Shown one piece after another: positions 1 to 8,795 of a DNA stretch of 64,000 nt. The translations under genes were made by a program, and so were the position numbers. The notes below the pieces were generated by a model. It was not told the DNA's origin, made no database searches, and saw nothing but the letters and a program-made list of their open reading frames with translations. Each line of letters begins with the position of its first letter. Positions within the stretch are counted from its first letter, which is position 1. Origin of the DNA: a virus. Taxonomy: Duplodnaviria > Heunggongvirae > Uroviricota > Caudoviricetes. The stretch spans positions 71,427-135,426 of the IMG/VR virus record IMGVR_UViG_3300035698_029829; one strand, 5' to 3'.

Positions 1-895
1 GGAGTGTTCCTGTGGTGCTTTCGCCCCTTGGTGGAAACGTTCACCACAGGTGTCGCAGCGCACACCCCAGAAATTGGGATACCGATCCAAATACCGCACC
101 GCCGCGCGCGAAGCGTCTAACTCGCGCCCGGAATAATCGTTGAGCACGAGGCATGGCTTGTCGGGTTTGATATTCGCAAAGACCTCGGCACACCGTACTT
201 CCGGCAGATCAGCAGGAGCCTGGAAGATGTGCCCCACGCCTTCTGGCATCACGAATTCCGCATCTTCGGTCATCGGCATGATCGCCGAACAAGCGTGCGG
301 CGTGGTACCCGTTGGAGAGGAGGCAAACTCCGGCCGCTGTCGGTGCCCCTCGATCCATCCCGTGTAATCGAAATCGGCCGAGCCATAGGGGTAGTCTCGT
401 GCCGTCTCCGCACCCGTCGTCGAGCTGGTGCCGGAGGCCCCACCCAACTTCGCCGCGCAAGCCGTCAATTCCGCCATCTCAGGCGGGAAGTGCCGCGCTT
501 CAAAGGCGTAGACGGGCCGCCCACGCGCCGCCGAAACCAAAGCGTGCATGTTAGCAGCGGTGCCGGATTGTGAAAGGATGCCAAGGATCGCCGTCTCGAA
601 GGCGATGAGGTGACTGATCGTCCACTCAATTTCCATGATGATTTGTCGACCCTCGAAAAGCGTACCTTCCGGAAGCGCCTTCAGCTTCGGTCGGCTCCTC
701 ACATTCCACATCTTGCAATGGTTCTCGATGAGTCGCTTGATGAAGGGTGTGCCGAAAAACATACCCGACTTACGAGCGAAGTACCGATAAACCACGCGCG
801 CATTGTAAGGCAGACAGGCCGCCACATCCGCTGCGTTGTAGAAATACACATCGACCGGCACCTTTGATGATAACCGAAAATGATCTTTGCTCATG
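1..895 (-). CDS. NAMPT/NadV-like nicotinamide (nicotinate) phosphoribosyltransferase, 3' part runs off window start
   Basis: Open minus-strand frame from ATG at 893-895 to the window edge. Segments 'NAADVAACLPYNARVVYRYF' and 'LKALPEGTLFEGRQIIMEIEW' resemble NAMPT 'ATDSYKVTHY..VYSYFE' and '[20 protein letters not shown]'. Start overlaps the RNase HII stop (ATGA). Confidence 0.5.
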
Positions 896-1613
896 TCTCT
901 CCCTCTCGTTTCTCATCACGCCAGATGGCGTGGTCGCGCGCCTTGTGAGGCGCGCGGGTTCGGTGGTGGAGCCCAGGCACCAGCCCGTGTTCCAAGATCA
1001 ACTGAATGTGTTGCTTCGTACCATATCCCTTGTGCTGAGCGAGGTTGTACTCGGGATATTTGTGGTGCCAAAAGATGGTCATCGCACGGTCGCGATAGAC
1101 TTTGGCAGCGATGGAGGCGGCCGAGACGTACCAGATGAGATCGTCCGCCTTCACTAAAGATCTGCCGCAGCGTTCAAGGGCGGTCAATCCGCGCTCGTAC
1201 ATCGACCACTCGCCCACACCAAACATCGCCAAGCCCTGAACATCCTTCACCAGTTGCTCGCGGCTCGGCATCCGAGGGCCGTCGATCATCACGAGCCCCA
1301 CGTGCGGCTGCGCCTCGACACATTTAGCTACCGCCTCAGTGACAGCCAGTCGCCACGCTACCTCCATTCCCAGTTTATCGATGGCACTCACCGGCGTCTC
1401 CTGGACGTAGACTACTGCATGGCCTTCTCGTACCAGGCGCATGACGTGTTCCTCGTAAGCGGCCTCACGTTGTTTCTCGGAGAGTTTCTTGGAGTCCCGA
1501 AAGATCTTGGGCAGCGAATTATCGTGACCTAGATCGTGCATGAAGGCGGCGATCACCAGCGGCCCAGCAACCGGCCCCTTCCCAGCCTCATCTATGCCCA
1601 CGAACCAAGTCAT
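891..1613 (-). CDS. rnhB: ribonuclease HII
   Basis: N-term 'VGIDEAGKGPVAGPLV', 'DSKKLSEKQREAAYEE', 'SAASIAAKVYRD' and 'AQHKGYGT' match RNase HII signature blocks. Confidence 0.85.
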   Translation of the reverse strand: MTWFVGIDEAGKGPVAGPLVIAAFMHDLGHDNSLPKIFRDSKKLSEKQREAAYEEHVMRLVREGHAVVYVQETPVSAIDKLGMEVAWRLAVTEAVAKCVEAQPHVGLVMIDGPRMPSREQLVKDVQGLAMFGVGEWSMYERGLTALERCGRSLVKADDLIWYVSAASIAAKVYRDRAMTIFWHHKYPEYNLAQHKGYGTKQHIQLILEHGLVPGLHHRTRAPHKARDHAIWRDEKREGET

Positions 1614-1846
1614 ACCTTTCCCTCTCGTCTCCGTAGAAATGCTTTACCGCGTTTGGTACCCGCGCAATTCTTACAGAACGGCCATTTCGGATTGGGCTCC
1701 TTGGGGTCGAGGGCGATGAACGTCTGACCGCACTCAGTGGTGTACTTGTAGGCACCGTAACGCTCGCTGCGCTTCCGCCCTTTTATGAGGTGCTTACGCC
1801 TCTTGTTGCTCAGAGCGCAGAGTTGATAGCGATCCATACGTCCCAC
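1610..1846 (-). CDS. small basic Cys-rich (zinc-ribbon-like) protein
   Basis: 78-aa ORF with C-x2-C...C-x2-C; translationally coupled to rnhB. Confidence 0.4.
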   Translation of the reverse strand: MGRMDRYQLCALSNKRRKHLIKGRKRSERYGAYKYTTECGQTFIALDPKEPNPKWPFCKNCAGTKRGKAFLRRREGKV

Positions 1847-1912
1847 GAAGACCTCCTCATTCGATTGAAATCGGTAGGGGCCGCAAACAAAACATCGACG
1901 GCTCCGCCCGAC

Positions 1913-2638
1913 TCACTCTTTCTCATCGTCGGTCTTGTCGTCATCGTCGGTCTTGTCGTCATCGTCGGTCTTGTCGTCATCGTCGGTCTTGTCGTCATCG
2001 TCGGTCTTGTCGTCATCGGTCACATCAGCCATCAGTTTCTCGAACACCTCTGCGAGACCGCCCTCACCACTAATCACCGCTAAAGTTTTCTTCCAGTTAA
2101 GCAGGCCACCGCTACCACTGATACCGAGCTTACGCTTCAATTGGCACGTCGGGCAGTCACACTCACCACCCTCACCCGGCTCCCGCGTAACGAACGCACC
2201 CACAGCAAAGTTAACCGAGAGATCCTTTGCGCCGTTCTCAGCCTCCAACCGCGCAAACATGGCGCGCTTAACTGCCTTGTACACGCTCACCATCTCACTG
2301 TGCGCTTCCTTGATGTTGTCCGTGACACGATCCAACAGTGCGACCTTCACCGCCAACAGTTGAAGATCGGACGACAACGACTGATACTCACTGAAGTCAT
2401 CCGCGCATTCCTCCGGACCCTCTCCCGTGAGCTTCTCGCGCTTCTTTTGGATGTGGTTCAGCAGCTTATTTGCATCTGCCCTAACCATCGCTCCGATATT
2501 TGTGGTCTCGTTAACCACGTTGTTCACGTAGGCAACCAGCTCCTCCATGCTCACCAGATTGTCCTTGAGCACCTGCCCTATCGGTTTCTTCGCATCGGCA
2601 GGTAAGGTCAGCTTATTCTCCGGGGGTTTTATCGTCAT
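1913..2638 (-). CDS. hypothetical protein with C-terminal (DDDDKT)x5 acidic repeat and a CxCPTC motif
   Basis: 241-aa ORF; RBS AAAAAAGGAGA upstream; promoter motif directly upstream. Confidence 0.55.
   Translation of the reverse strand: MTIKPPENKLTLPADAKKPIGQVLKDNLVSMEELVAYVNNVVNETTNIGAMVRADANKLLNHIQKKREKLTGEGPEECADDFSEYQSLSSDLQLLAVKVALLDRVTDNIKEAHSEMVSVYKAVKRAMFARLEAENGAKDLSVNFAVGAFVTREPGEGGECDCPTCQLKRKLGISGSGGLLNWKKTLAVISGEGGLAEVFEKLMADVTDDDKTDDDDKTDDDDKTDDDDKTDDDDKTDDEKE
1921..2030. repeat. 18-bp tandem repeat (tcgtcggtcttgtcgtca) x~6, coding
   Basis: Perfect direct repeats visible in sequence; encode DDDDKT units of CDS 1913..2638. Confidence 0.9.
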
Positions 2639-2686
2639 CGAAGTCTCCTTTTTTAGTGAACACGGTTTGCCTCCTTACAACACAAG

Positions 2687-2722
2687 CTATTACCAAAACC
2701 AGAGCAGTTTGTCAAGAGTTTT
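2687..2722 (-). promoter_or_regulatory. conserved sigma70-like promoter (AAAACTCTTGACAAAC-N-TAATAG)
   Basis: Minus-strand TTGACA, 17-nt spacer, TAATAG, then RBS and ATG of gene 1913..2638; member of 13-copy motif family. Confidence 0.6.
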
Positions 2723-2723
2723 A

Positions 2724-4124
2724 TTACAAACCGAGCCTCATTTTTGGGAGGCGTTCGAGATCCAAAAACCGCTCGAAGAGGAGGCCGTGCCGAATCGAGT
2801 CCACCTGCGTGATGCCCGCCAACCACGCCACAAGTGACCCTCCTACAGACCCGCGCCCCGGTCCCCGTGCAATGCCGTGCTCATCGCAAAATTGAGCCAC
2901 GTCTGAGAAAAGTAGCATGTAATCAGCCGACTGGAGCATCAAGATGATCTTCATTTCAAAAGCCAAACGCTCCTCGTAATCACCACGCCGCTCGACGGAG
3001 ATACGGCTGTCCGCCAGACGCACCTCCAATCCATCTCGGCAGCGCCGCCACAGCTCTTCCTCGGCATCCGCCCGCATGGGTAGACGTGGGGTGTGCTCCA
3101 GCCGCATAGGACGTGCTAAACTGGCGATGTATTCTAAGTTCTCCAAACACCCACGAAAAATGTCTTCGGTAAATTCCTCGTTACGGTGAGTCCGATAAAA
3201 AGACGCCCATATCTCAGTCACATCCTTCACAAACAAATCGCGTGCCTCGAACTCCCAAACGTTGTCCTCAGCGGCCAGCGCATCCAGGGACTTGCCCGCC
3301 CGAATGCTGTCAATATTGAGCAAAATCGGATGCAGCTCAGCATCCTCCTTGCGAAGGTAATGGGCATCGCACGAAAAGATGAGTGGAGTCCTGGTCTCCT
3401 TGGCCAATCGAATCAATCGACGGTTCAACTCCACCTGTTTATCCCACTCGATAAGCATTAATTCGATAAAAAAGCGACCTGGAAATGCCTCCTTAAAACG
3501 TCCAACCAGATGCCGCGCCTCGGCCCAGCTATCACGTAAAACCAGTTGGGGTACCTCACCCGCGAAACAGGCGGTTGAGATGACGAGACCCTCGGCGTTA
3601 GCCATCACCCGCTCGTTTGTCGTACGTGCATTCCGGTAAAAGCCGTTCGCCTGCGCCTCGTTGTGAATCTTCAGCAGGTTGTAATAGCCGGTCTGATTAT
3701 GGGCTAGCAATACCAAATGGTAAACCCGCGATAAGGCACGCCGTAGCCTCTCGCGTTCCTTTTTATCCTTGAATATCTTGACGTTCCTCAAGCGCTCCCG
3801 GTCGCGCAACAGATCGTCGCGGTAAGGCGACGTATATGCCTCCAAACCAATCATTGGCAGGAGTCCAGCTTTGTTGGCACGCCAATACAGCTCATAAGCG
3901 GCCCCCAACAACCCGTGATCCGTCGCAGCAACCACCCGCTGCCCCCGTTCCTTCGCCTGTTCGACGAGCCCAGCAACGGGTATCATGCCATCCCGCAACG
4001 AGAACACTGTGTGCAGGTGGGAGTGGAAGAATTTTTCCGGCCGTATCCACTCCGGCATCGGTGGAAGATCAACCACATCAACCTTTGCACGACTCGTCTC
4101 CCTGTTAAGATCCATCGTCGCCAC
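2724..4124 (-). CDS. DNA polymerase III alpha (DnaE) N-terminal fragment: PHP domain, ends just before catalytic PDFDxDF
   Basis: 'HSHLHTVFSLRDG', 'VAATDHG', 'LLAHNQTGYYNL', 'CDAHYL' and 'GPGRGSVGGSLVAWLAGIT..LLFERFLDLER' match DnaE residues ~1-400. The ORF stops where DnaE has the catalytic 'PDFDIDF'. Confidence 0.7.
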   Translation of the reverse strand: MATMDLNRETSRAKVDVVDLPPMPEWIRPEKFFHSHLHTVFSLRDGMIPVAGLVEQAKERGQRVVAATDHGLLGAAYELYWRANKAGLLPMIGLEAYTSPYRDDLLRDRERLRNVKIFKDKKERERLRRALSRVYHLVLLAHNQTGYYNLLKIHNEAQANGFYRNARTTNERVMANAEGLVISTACFAGEVPQLVLRDSWAEARHLVGRFKEAFPGRFFIELMLIEWDKQVELNRRLIRLAKETRTPLIFSCDAHYLRKEDAELHPILLNIDSIRAGKSLDALAAEDNVWEFEARDLFVKDVTEIWASFYRTHRNEEFTEDIFRGCLENLEYIASLARPMRLEHTPRLPMRADAEEELWRRCRDGLEVRLADSRISVERRGDYEERLAFEMKIILMLQSADYMLLFSDVAQFCDEHGIARGPGRGSVGGSLVAWLAGITQVDSIRHGLLFERFLDLERLPKMRLGL

Positions 4125-4677
4125 CCAGTTTCTTCGCTTCCTCCTTAGAAGCCTGTTCTATTCGACTCGCTTCCACCTCTGCATTTGACCGCACGGTTTC
4201 CGGCTCGCTCCCGAAGAACAAAGACGCCAACACCGTACACATCCCCCTGTCATCAAATATACCGAACTCTCCGACGACAAAGCGCGCCACACGCTCCGCT
4301 ATGGAACGCCGCACGTTCGCCGGGAAGACCTCTATATCTACGTCGGCGCGTACCCCTTTGCAGACAGCGCGTGCCAAGTCGAACTGAAGTTTGAACCGAT
4401 GCACCTCCTGTGCAAGACTCGCGCTCTGGTCCGGCTGCACCTCCTGGGTAACACCACGACCGCCGCAAGCTCCGCAGCCTACGCCCCCACAGGAACCACA
4501 AGCATAGAATGTGCGGATCGAGACGCTTTCCTCCTGCACCGACGCCACCATCACGAAGCGCCCTTCCGGAAGTTCAAGTGGTCGAGAGACCGTCTGAGTT
4601 TGAATTTGTGTTTCCATCATCTTGCTCCTGCCTCTCCTCGACGCCAATGACAAGCCGCGCTTCCACGAGCCGCTCAC
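4105..4677 (-). CDS. hypothetical Cys/Gly-rich protein (start uncertain, possibly Met20)
   Basis: 190-aa ORF with 'CGSCGGVGCGACGG'. Confidence 0.4.
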   Translation of the reverse strand: MSGSWKRGLSLASRRGRSKMMETQIQTQTVSRPLELPEGRFVMVASVQEESVSIRTFYACGSCGGVGCGACGGRGVTQEVQPDQSASLAQEVHRFKLQFDLARAVCKGVRADVDIEVFPANVRRSIAERVARFVVGEFGIFDDRGMCTVLASLFFGSEPETVRSNAEVEASRIEQASKEEAKKLGGDDGS

Positions 4678-5596
4678 CTGCCTGCGCCTTCTTTAGCGCG
4701 GCCATCAACCTCCGCGCATGGTCCTTTAGATCGTCATGATGAAACCGCTCCAGGTACTGAGGGTGATCAAAGCAAATCACTCCCCGCTGTTTATCCTCAA
4801 AATGATCCGGTCTATTCCACTTCTTCCACCACGTTATCGCCTGGTCTCCCAACAAAACTACGGCCTCGGGCTGCAACAAATTTAATACTGCGTACTCAGA
4901 AGGCTCATCCCAAAAATTCGCCGTGTTCAAAAAATGCAATTCGCCCTCCTGAAGCTCTGCCTCATCGAGCAGCTTACCGAGGTAATCATCACTACCGCCC
5001 AACGTCCCAAAAGGCGGGGCGAATGGATCATGTGGCGAAGGTGCATCGCCTACTAAGACGACACGAGGAGCAAGCGATCCACTGCCATAGCGTCGGTTAT
5101 TAGCCATTTCATAACGCCGAGCAAACTGGAAGAAGTCATTAGCCTCCCTGGCCCGTAGCTCCAACTCATCCTCATCAAAGGACAATACCATCGACCATGG
5201 CAATCCTTGAAGACCGTTATTAAGCAGGTCAAAACAGCGTTTCCGTGCTACGCGTTCGGCCTCCACCACATCTACTGGCAAACCAGCAACCGCTTCCTCG
5301 TCGAGTTGAGGTTCCGCGTGCAGGATAAAACCGCCGCGAACGAGCACTTCTCGACACCATCGTCGCAGATAGTTGGGAGGAAGCTCAGCCTCCCCCTCCG
5401 CTAATACATTCGGCAGTGTCCACCCATAAACGATAGTATCGCCTCCACCAGCCACCGCATCCAAGTGATACCGCCATAGCGGGATCTCCACAGTAGGACG
5501 GCGTGCACAGGCGACGGCGCGCCAGCCTAAAAAAGACTGGAGTGCAGCGGCTACCTGCGAACCCACTTCTTCTTGTCTACTGAAAACCACGATCAT
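4574..5596 (-). CDS. hypothetical protein
   Basis: 340-aa ORF in the minus-strand gene train. Confidence 0.5.
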   Translation of the reverse strand: MIVVFSRQEEVGSQVAAALQSFLGWRAVACARRPTVEIPLWRYHLDAVAGGGDTIVYGWTLPNVLAEGEAELPPNYLRRWCREVLVRGGFILHAEPQLDEEAVAGLPVDVVEAERVARKRCFDLLNNGLQGLPWSMVLSFDEDELELRAREANDFFQFARRYEMANNRRYGSGSLAPRVVLVGDAPSPHDPFAPPFGTLGGSDDYLGKLLDEAELQEGELHFLNTANFWDEPSEYAVLNLLQPEAVVLLGDQAITWWKKWNRPDHFEDKQRGVICFDHPQYLERFHHDDLKDHARRLMAALKKAQAGERLVEARLVIGVEERQEQDDGNTNSNSDGLSTT

Positions 5597-5946
5597 AGTA
5601 GCTCACCTTCCTGCCACGGAAGTACCTCTTTATCCGGCGGGAAGTTGTACGCATCAGGCAGCGCGGGGAAAAGCTCAGGCTTATGCAGCCCGAAGATCTC
5701 ATAAGTTCCCGCACTACCGACGCGCCTACATATTGGACCAAGTGTCCAGTCGCCAAACCCACGGCGCACGACCGGCCGAAAGCATTCACCGTCCTGAATG
5801 ATTTCGTAGCGCTTCGAGTACAGCTCGATTTTATGCTCGATGCCGGTGTCCTTATTCAGCTTCTTGGCCACCTCTTGAGCAGCCGCCAACGGCCCAGCTT
5901 CTAACGAGCGCACAGGTACTCTTCCACGCATAATAGCCCAGCGCAT
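5593..5946 (-). CDS. hypothetical protein
   Basis: 117-aa ORF, coupled (ATGA) to downstream gene. Confidence 0.45.
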   Translation of the reverse strand: MRWAIMRGRVPVRSLEAGPLAAAQEVAKKLNKDTGIEHKIELYSKRYEIIQDGECFRPVVRRGFGDWTLGPICRRVGSAGTYEIFGLHKPELFPALPDAYNFPPDKEVLPWQEGELL

Positions 5947-5976
5947 CTCGTTCGCCTCCTAAAAATAGCTTACCAG

Positions 5977-6864
5977 CTAAGCAGGTCGGCCCCCAACGAG
6001 CTTCAATACGTCCAAATTAAAGGGATAACCGGCCGCCTCATGGTGACCACCACCCCCACGCTTCTTCGCAAGAGCCGACACGTCGAACTTGGAGCCCCCG
6101 GGTGTCCGAAGCGCAACCCCTCCACTCATTGGGTTAACGAGCAGCAGGTACTCTGCGTCGGGATATGCCTGGGTAACGGCATTCGCCACATCCGAAATGC
6201 CCACGTCGGCGATAGCAGCCACAAATCGATGGCCGTCTTCGTCAATACCCTCCTTCGCCACCTTGATAACGCGCTCAGCGTCACGAGCGATGTTTTCCCG
6301 AAAACATTCGACGAGCCATCGTTCACGGTCATCCAGCTCCACCTTCGCCCCGCGCCGTACCATGCGGCCCCACCAAATAAAACGGTGCAGGTAATTGAGG
6401 TTCTCTCCAGCCAATCGGTGAGGTGACGACAACTGCCAGCGGTCGTAGGCATCCACCGCCTGCACGAATGCCGTCATGTCGGCCGTCACGGGCCTACCTA
6501 TGCGCTTGCTCTCCTCTTCGCAAAGGAGCCGCGTCCCTGCCCTGCTTTGATCCACGACAGCCCAGGGGTACTTGTAGCACGGCCCAGCCGCCGTAACGTG
6601 GTGATCGTATAAAAAGACGTTGCCTTCGTCGTCCATTTCCTTGAGCACGTCTCCGCTCGGGCACAAGTCGACAACGACGATTGTGCCGCCCATGTCAGAG
6701 CGTCGCTCTAACATGGCGCGTCGAACCTGTTCGTCAACGCACTCGGAATTAGCTTCTGATCTGTAAACTATTGGATTGTCGTACAATCTTCTGGCTACGA
6801 TCTCCGCACCAGTTCCATCCAAATCGCTGTGGGTAATAAGAAAATATCTATCAGGCATAGTCAT
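5977..6864 (-). CDS. DHH-family phosphoesterase (RecJ/nanoRNase-like)
   Basis: 'ITHSDLDGTG', 'LYDHH' and 'KRGGGGHHEAAG' (DHH and GGGH motifs). ATG with GAGGAGGA RBS at 6862-6864; the longer listed ORF start overlaps the upstream gene. Confidence 0.7.
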   Translation of the reverse strand: MTMPDRYFLITHSDLDGTGAEIVARRLYDNPIVYRSEANSECVDEQVRRAMLERRSDMGGTIVVVDLCPSGDVLKEMDDEGNVFLYDHHVTAAGPCYKYPWAVVDQSRAGTRLLCEEESKRIGRPVTADMTAFVQAVDAYDRWQLSSPHRLAGENLNYLHRFIWWGRMVRRGAKVELDDRERWLVECFRENIARDAERVIKVAKEGIDEDGHRFVAAIADVGISDVANAVTQAYPDAEYLLLVNPMSGGVALRTPGGSKFDVSALAKKRGGGGHHEAAGYPFNLDVLKLVGGRPA

Positions 6865-6875
6865 CCTCCTCGGAG

Positions 6876-8795
6876 TTAATCGTCCCCTTCGACAGTACCT
6901 TCTAAGGGATGACCCTTCGGCCACTCCAAAAAGACCTTTCGACCCTTGAAGATCACCAGATCTTCTCGCTTTGACGCCGCCCTCGGAGTAAACACCCAGA
7001 TTACGCGCACACCACGATAATCGGGCTCCGGACACTCGCCGTCGGTGAAGATCACCACATGCGGAATATGTTTTTCTCGGCAGTAGTCAATAATCGGCTG
7101 AAAATCCGTCCCACCACGGCCCTTTACACCAAAAACCATCTTATTTGGATCGTCGTACTCGACGATAGCGTTAACCCGAGCGTCGCACTGCACCCAGTGT
7201 AATGGCACTTCCAGTTCCTCTACGATCCGGTCCATCTCACGCACATAAAGCCGCAGCTCATCATCGCTCACGGAACTTGACGTATCAGTCCCCACCACAA
7301 TCTGGTGAACCGCATCCATCTTTTTACCAGGGAAAAGTTCATCGTTGCGTCGAGATGGACGGCGGAAGGACCTCAGCGGTTTGATTTCAAAGAGATCCGA
7401 AACATACCCGTCGAGAAGATTCTGCCAAGGCACCTGCGGCCGAGCGTTGATTTTTTCAAGGACAGCTTCAACCTCCCCGGGAAGCAATCCTCGGCTCTTC
7501 TCATAGCGCGCCTGGAATTCATCGGCAGCCGTTCGGATGAGGCCCTCAATCTTATGTTGCACGTAAGCTCGAAAATCTGGATCTGAGAGCGTCGGCGGTG
7601 TAAATTCAGGGTCCTGTCCTTCACCCGCATCCTCATCAACCTCACCCGCATTTCCACACATGGCTCCATGATCATCCATCGTCGTCTTGCCGAGCGCACT
7701 GTGCTGTTGATCGCGTCCATAAATTTTATCGGCCGAAGCGGTTCGATCACAGTCACCAGCTTGCGGCTCACCATTTCCACCGCTTTGACCCTGTTCGCCC
7801 TGTTCGCCCTTTTGATTCTGTTGATCCTGTTCGCCCTTTTGATTCTGTTGATCCTGTTCGCCCTTTTGATTCTGTTGATCCTGTTCGCCCTGTTCGCCCT
7901 GTTGATCCTGTTCGCCCTTTTGATTCTGTTGATCCTGTTCGCCCTTTTGATTCTGTTGATCCTGTTCGCCTTGTTGATCCTGTTCGCCCTGTTGATCCTG
8001 TTCGCCTTGTTGACTGTCGCCCTCTCTTTTTTCATTATTCTCAAAAAGCGACCATCCCCCACCACCAGACTTTTCAACTGGATCGGGAAGCATCCGAGCG
8101 TAGTCTTCAGCAGCCAACTTCCCAGGCATATCGTAAAGCTGAATGGTTTGAGCGAAAGACCACAGCCAATCGTCAGGGATGTACTGGTTTACCTCCAAAT
8201 CCATTCCTATGCTCATCTTATCGTTCAGTTTTTTGTCATCCCCGAAGATCTGCCCACGCGTAAGATGCCGACACACGAGATGTAACAGCTCGTGTTTCAC
8301 ACACCCCATACGAACTAACGAGGTCTTCTCCAATTGGTCGATCCACATCCGTTCGAAGTCAGTAATGCCCGAGCCTCGAAAATAATCAACAACCTGTTCA
8401 TCATCGTATTCTCGTGCTGCGGGCAAGTTCTCCATATTATCGCCACAGAGGCTCATATAAGTCCAGAAAGCAGGATTCACCACCATCCACAGATCACGGC
8501 CTTCAACAGCAACGCAGCAGGTAGGCAAGTACCTTTTCACCTTTACCCACTTCTTGGTTTTCAGAGTGCGGCCCCAGGCACGAGTAAAAACGCCGAACCG
8601 AAATTGAAGACGATTGTAAAAAAGCCCGTACCACGGGTCTTTACGGATTAATCGCCCAATTGCCTGATCGAAACTGTATTTCAGGCGTCGCTCATCATTC
8701 ATGGCCTTTCTCATCATTGTGATATAGGTCGGCAAGTCCCGCATATCGAATTTCATGCCGGGCGGCGGAGCGTCGATGAGCCTGGCTGTTTCCAT
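6876..8795 (-). CDS. metallopeptidase-like (HELLH) + Q/E-rich repeat + C-terminal VWA-domain protein
   Basis: 'HELLHLVCRH' HExxH; C-term 'VGTDTSSSVSD...VIFTDG' MIDAS/VWA; directly downstream of the MoxR-like ATPase. Confidence 0.65.
   Translation of the reverse strand: METARLIDAPPPGMKFDMRDLPTYITMMRKAMNDERRLKYSFDQAIGRLIRKDPWYGLFYNRLQFRFGVFTRAWGRTLKTKKWVKVKRYLPTCCVAVEGRDLWMVVNPAFWTYMSLCGDNMENLPAAREYDDEQVVDYFRGSGITDFERMWIDQLEKTSLVRMGCVKHELLHLVCRHLTRGQIFGDDKKLNDKMSIGMDLEVNQYIPDDWLWSFAQTIQLYDMPGKLAAEDYARMLPDPVEKSGGGGWSLFENNEKREGDSQQGEQDQQGEQDQQGEQDQQNQKGEQDQQNQKGEQDQQGEQGEQDQQNQKGEQDQQNQKGEQDQQNQKGEQGEQGQSGGNGEPQAGDCDRTASADKIYGRDQQHSALGKTTMDDHGAMCGNAGEVDEDAGEGQDPEFTPPTLSDPDFRAYVQHKIEGLIRTAADEFQARYEKSRGLLPGEVEAVLEKINARPQVPWQNLLDGYVSDLFEIKPLRSFRRPSRRNDELFPGKKMDAVHQIVVGTDTSSSVSDDELRLYVREMDRIVEELEVPLHWVQCDARVNAIVEYDDPNKMVFGVKGRGGTDFQPIIDYCREKHIPHVVIFTDGECPEPDYRGVRVIWVFTPRAASKREDLVIFKGRKVFLEWPKGHPLEGTVEGDD
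7789..8015. repeat. 9/18/30-bp nested tandem repeats (ctgttcgcc / cttttgattctgttgatc), coding
   Basis: Encode GEQDQQ(NQK) units inside CDS 6876..8795. Confidence 0.85.

Noticed and set aside
1790-2083. 1810..2016(-) 'MTTRPT' repeat ORF and 1790..2083(+) 'VGLVVI' repeat ORF
   Set aside because: Frames of the 18-bp tandem repeat that belongs to CDS 1913..2638.
7373-8285. 7373..8077(-) 'NRINRA' repeat protein and 7668..8285(+) poly-Leu/Ile 205-aa ORF
   Set aside because: Alternative-frame or antisense readings of the GEQDQQ coding tandem repeat inside gene 6876..8795.
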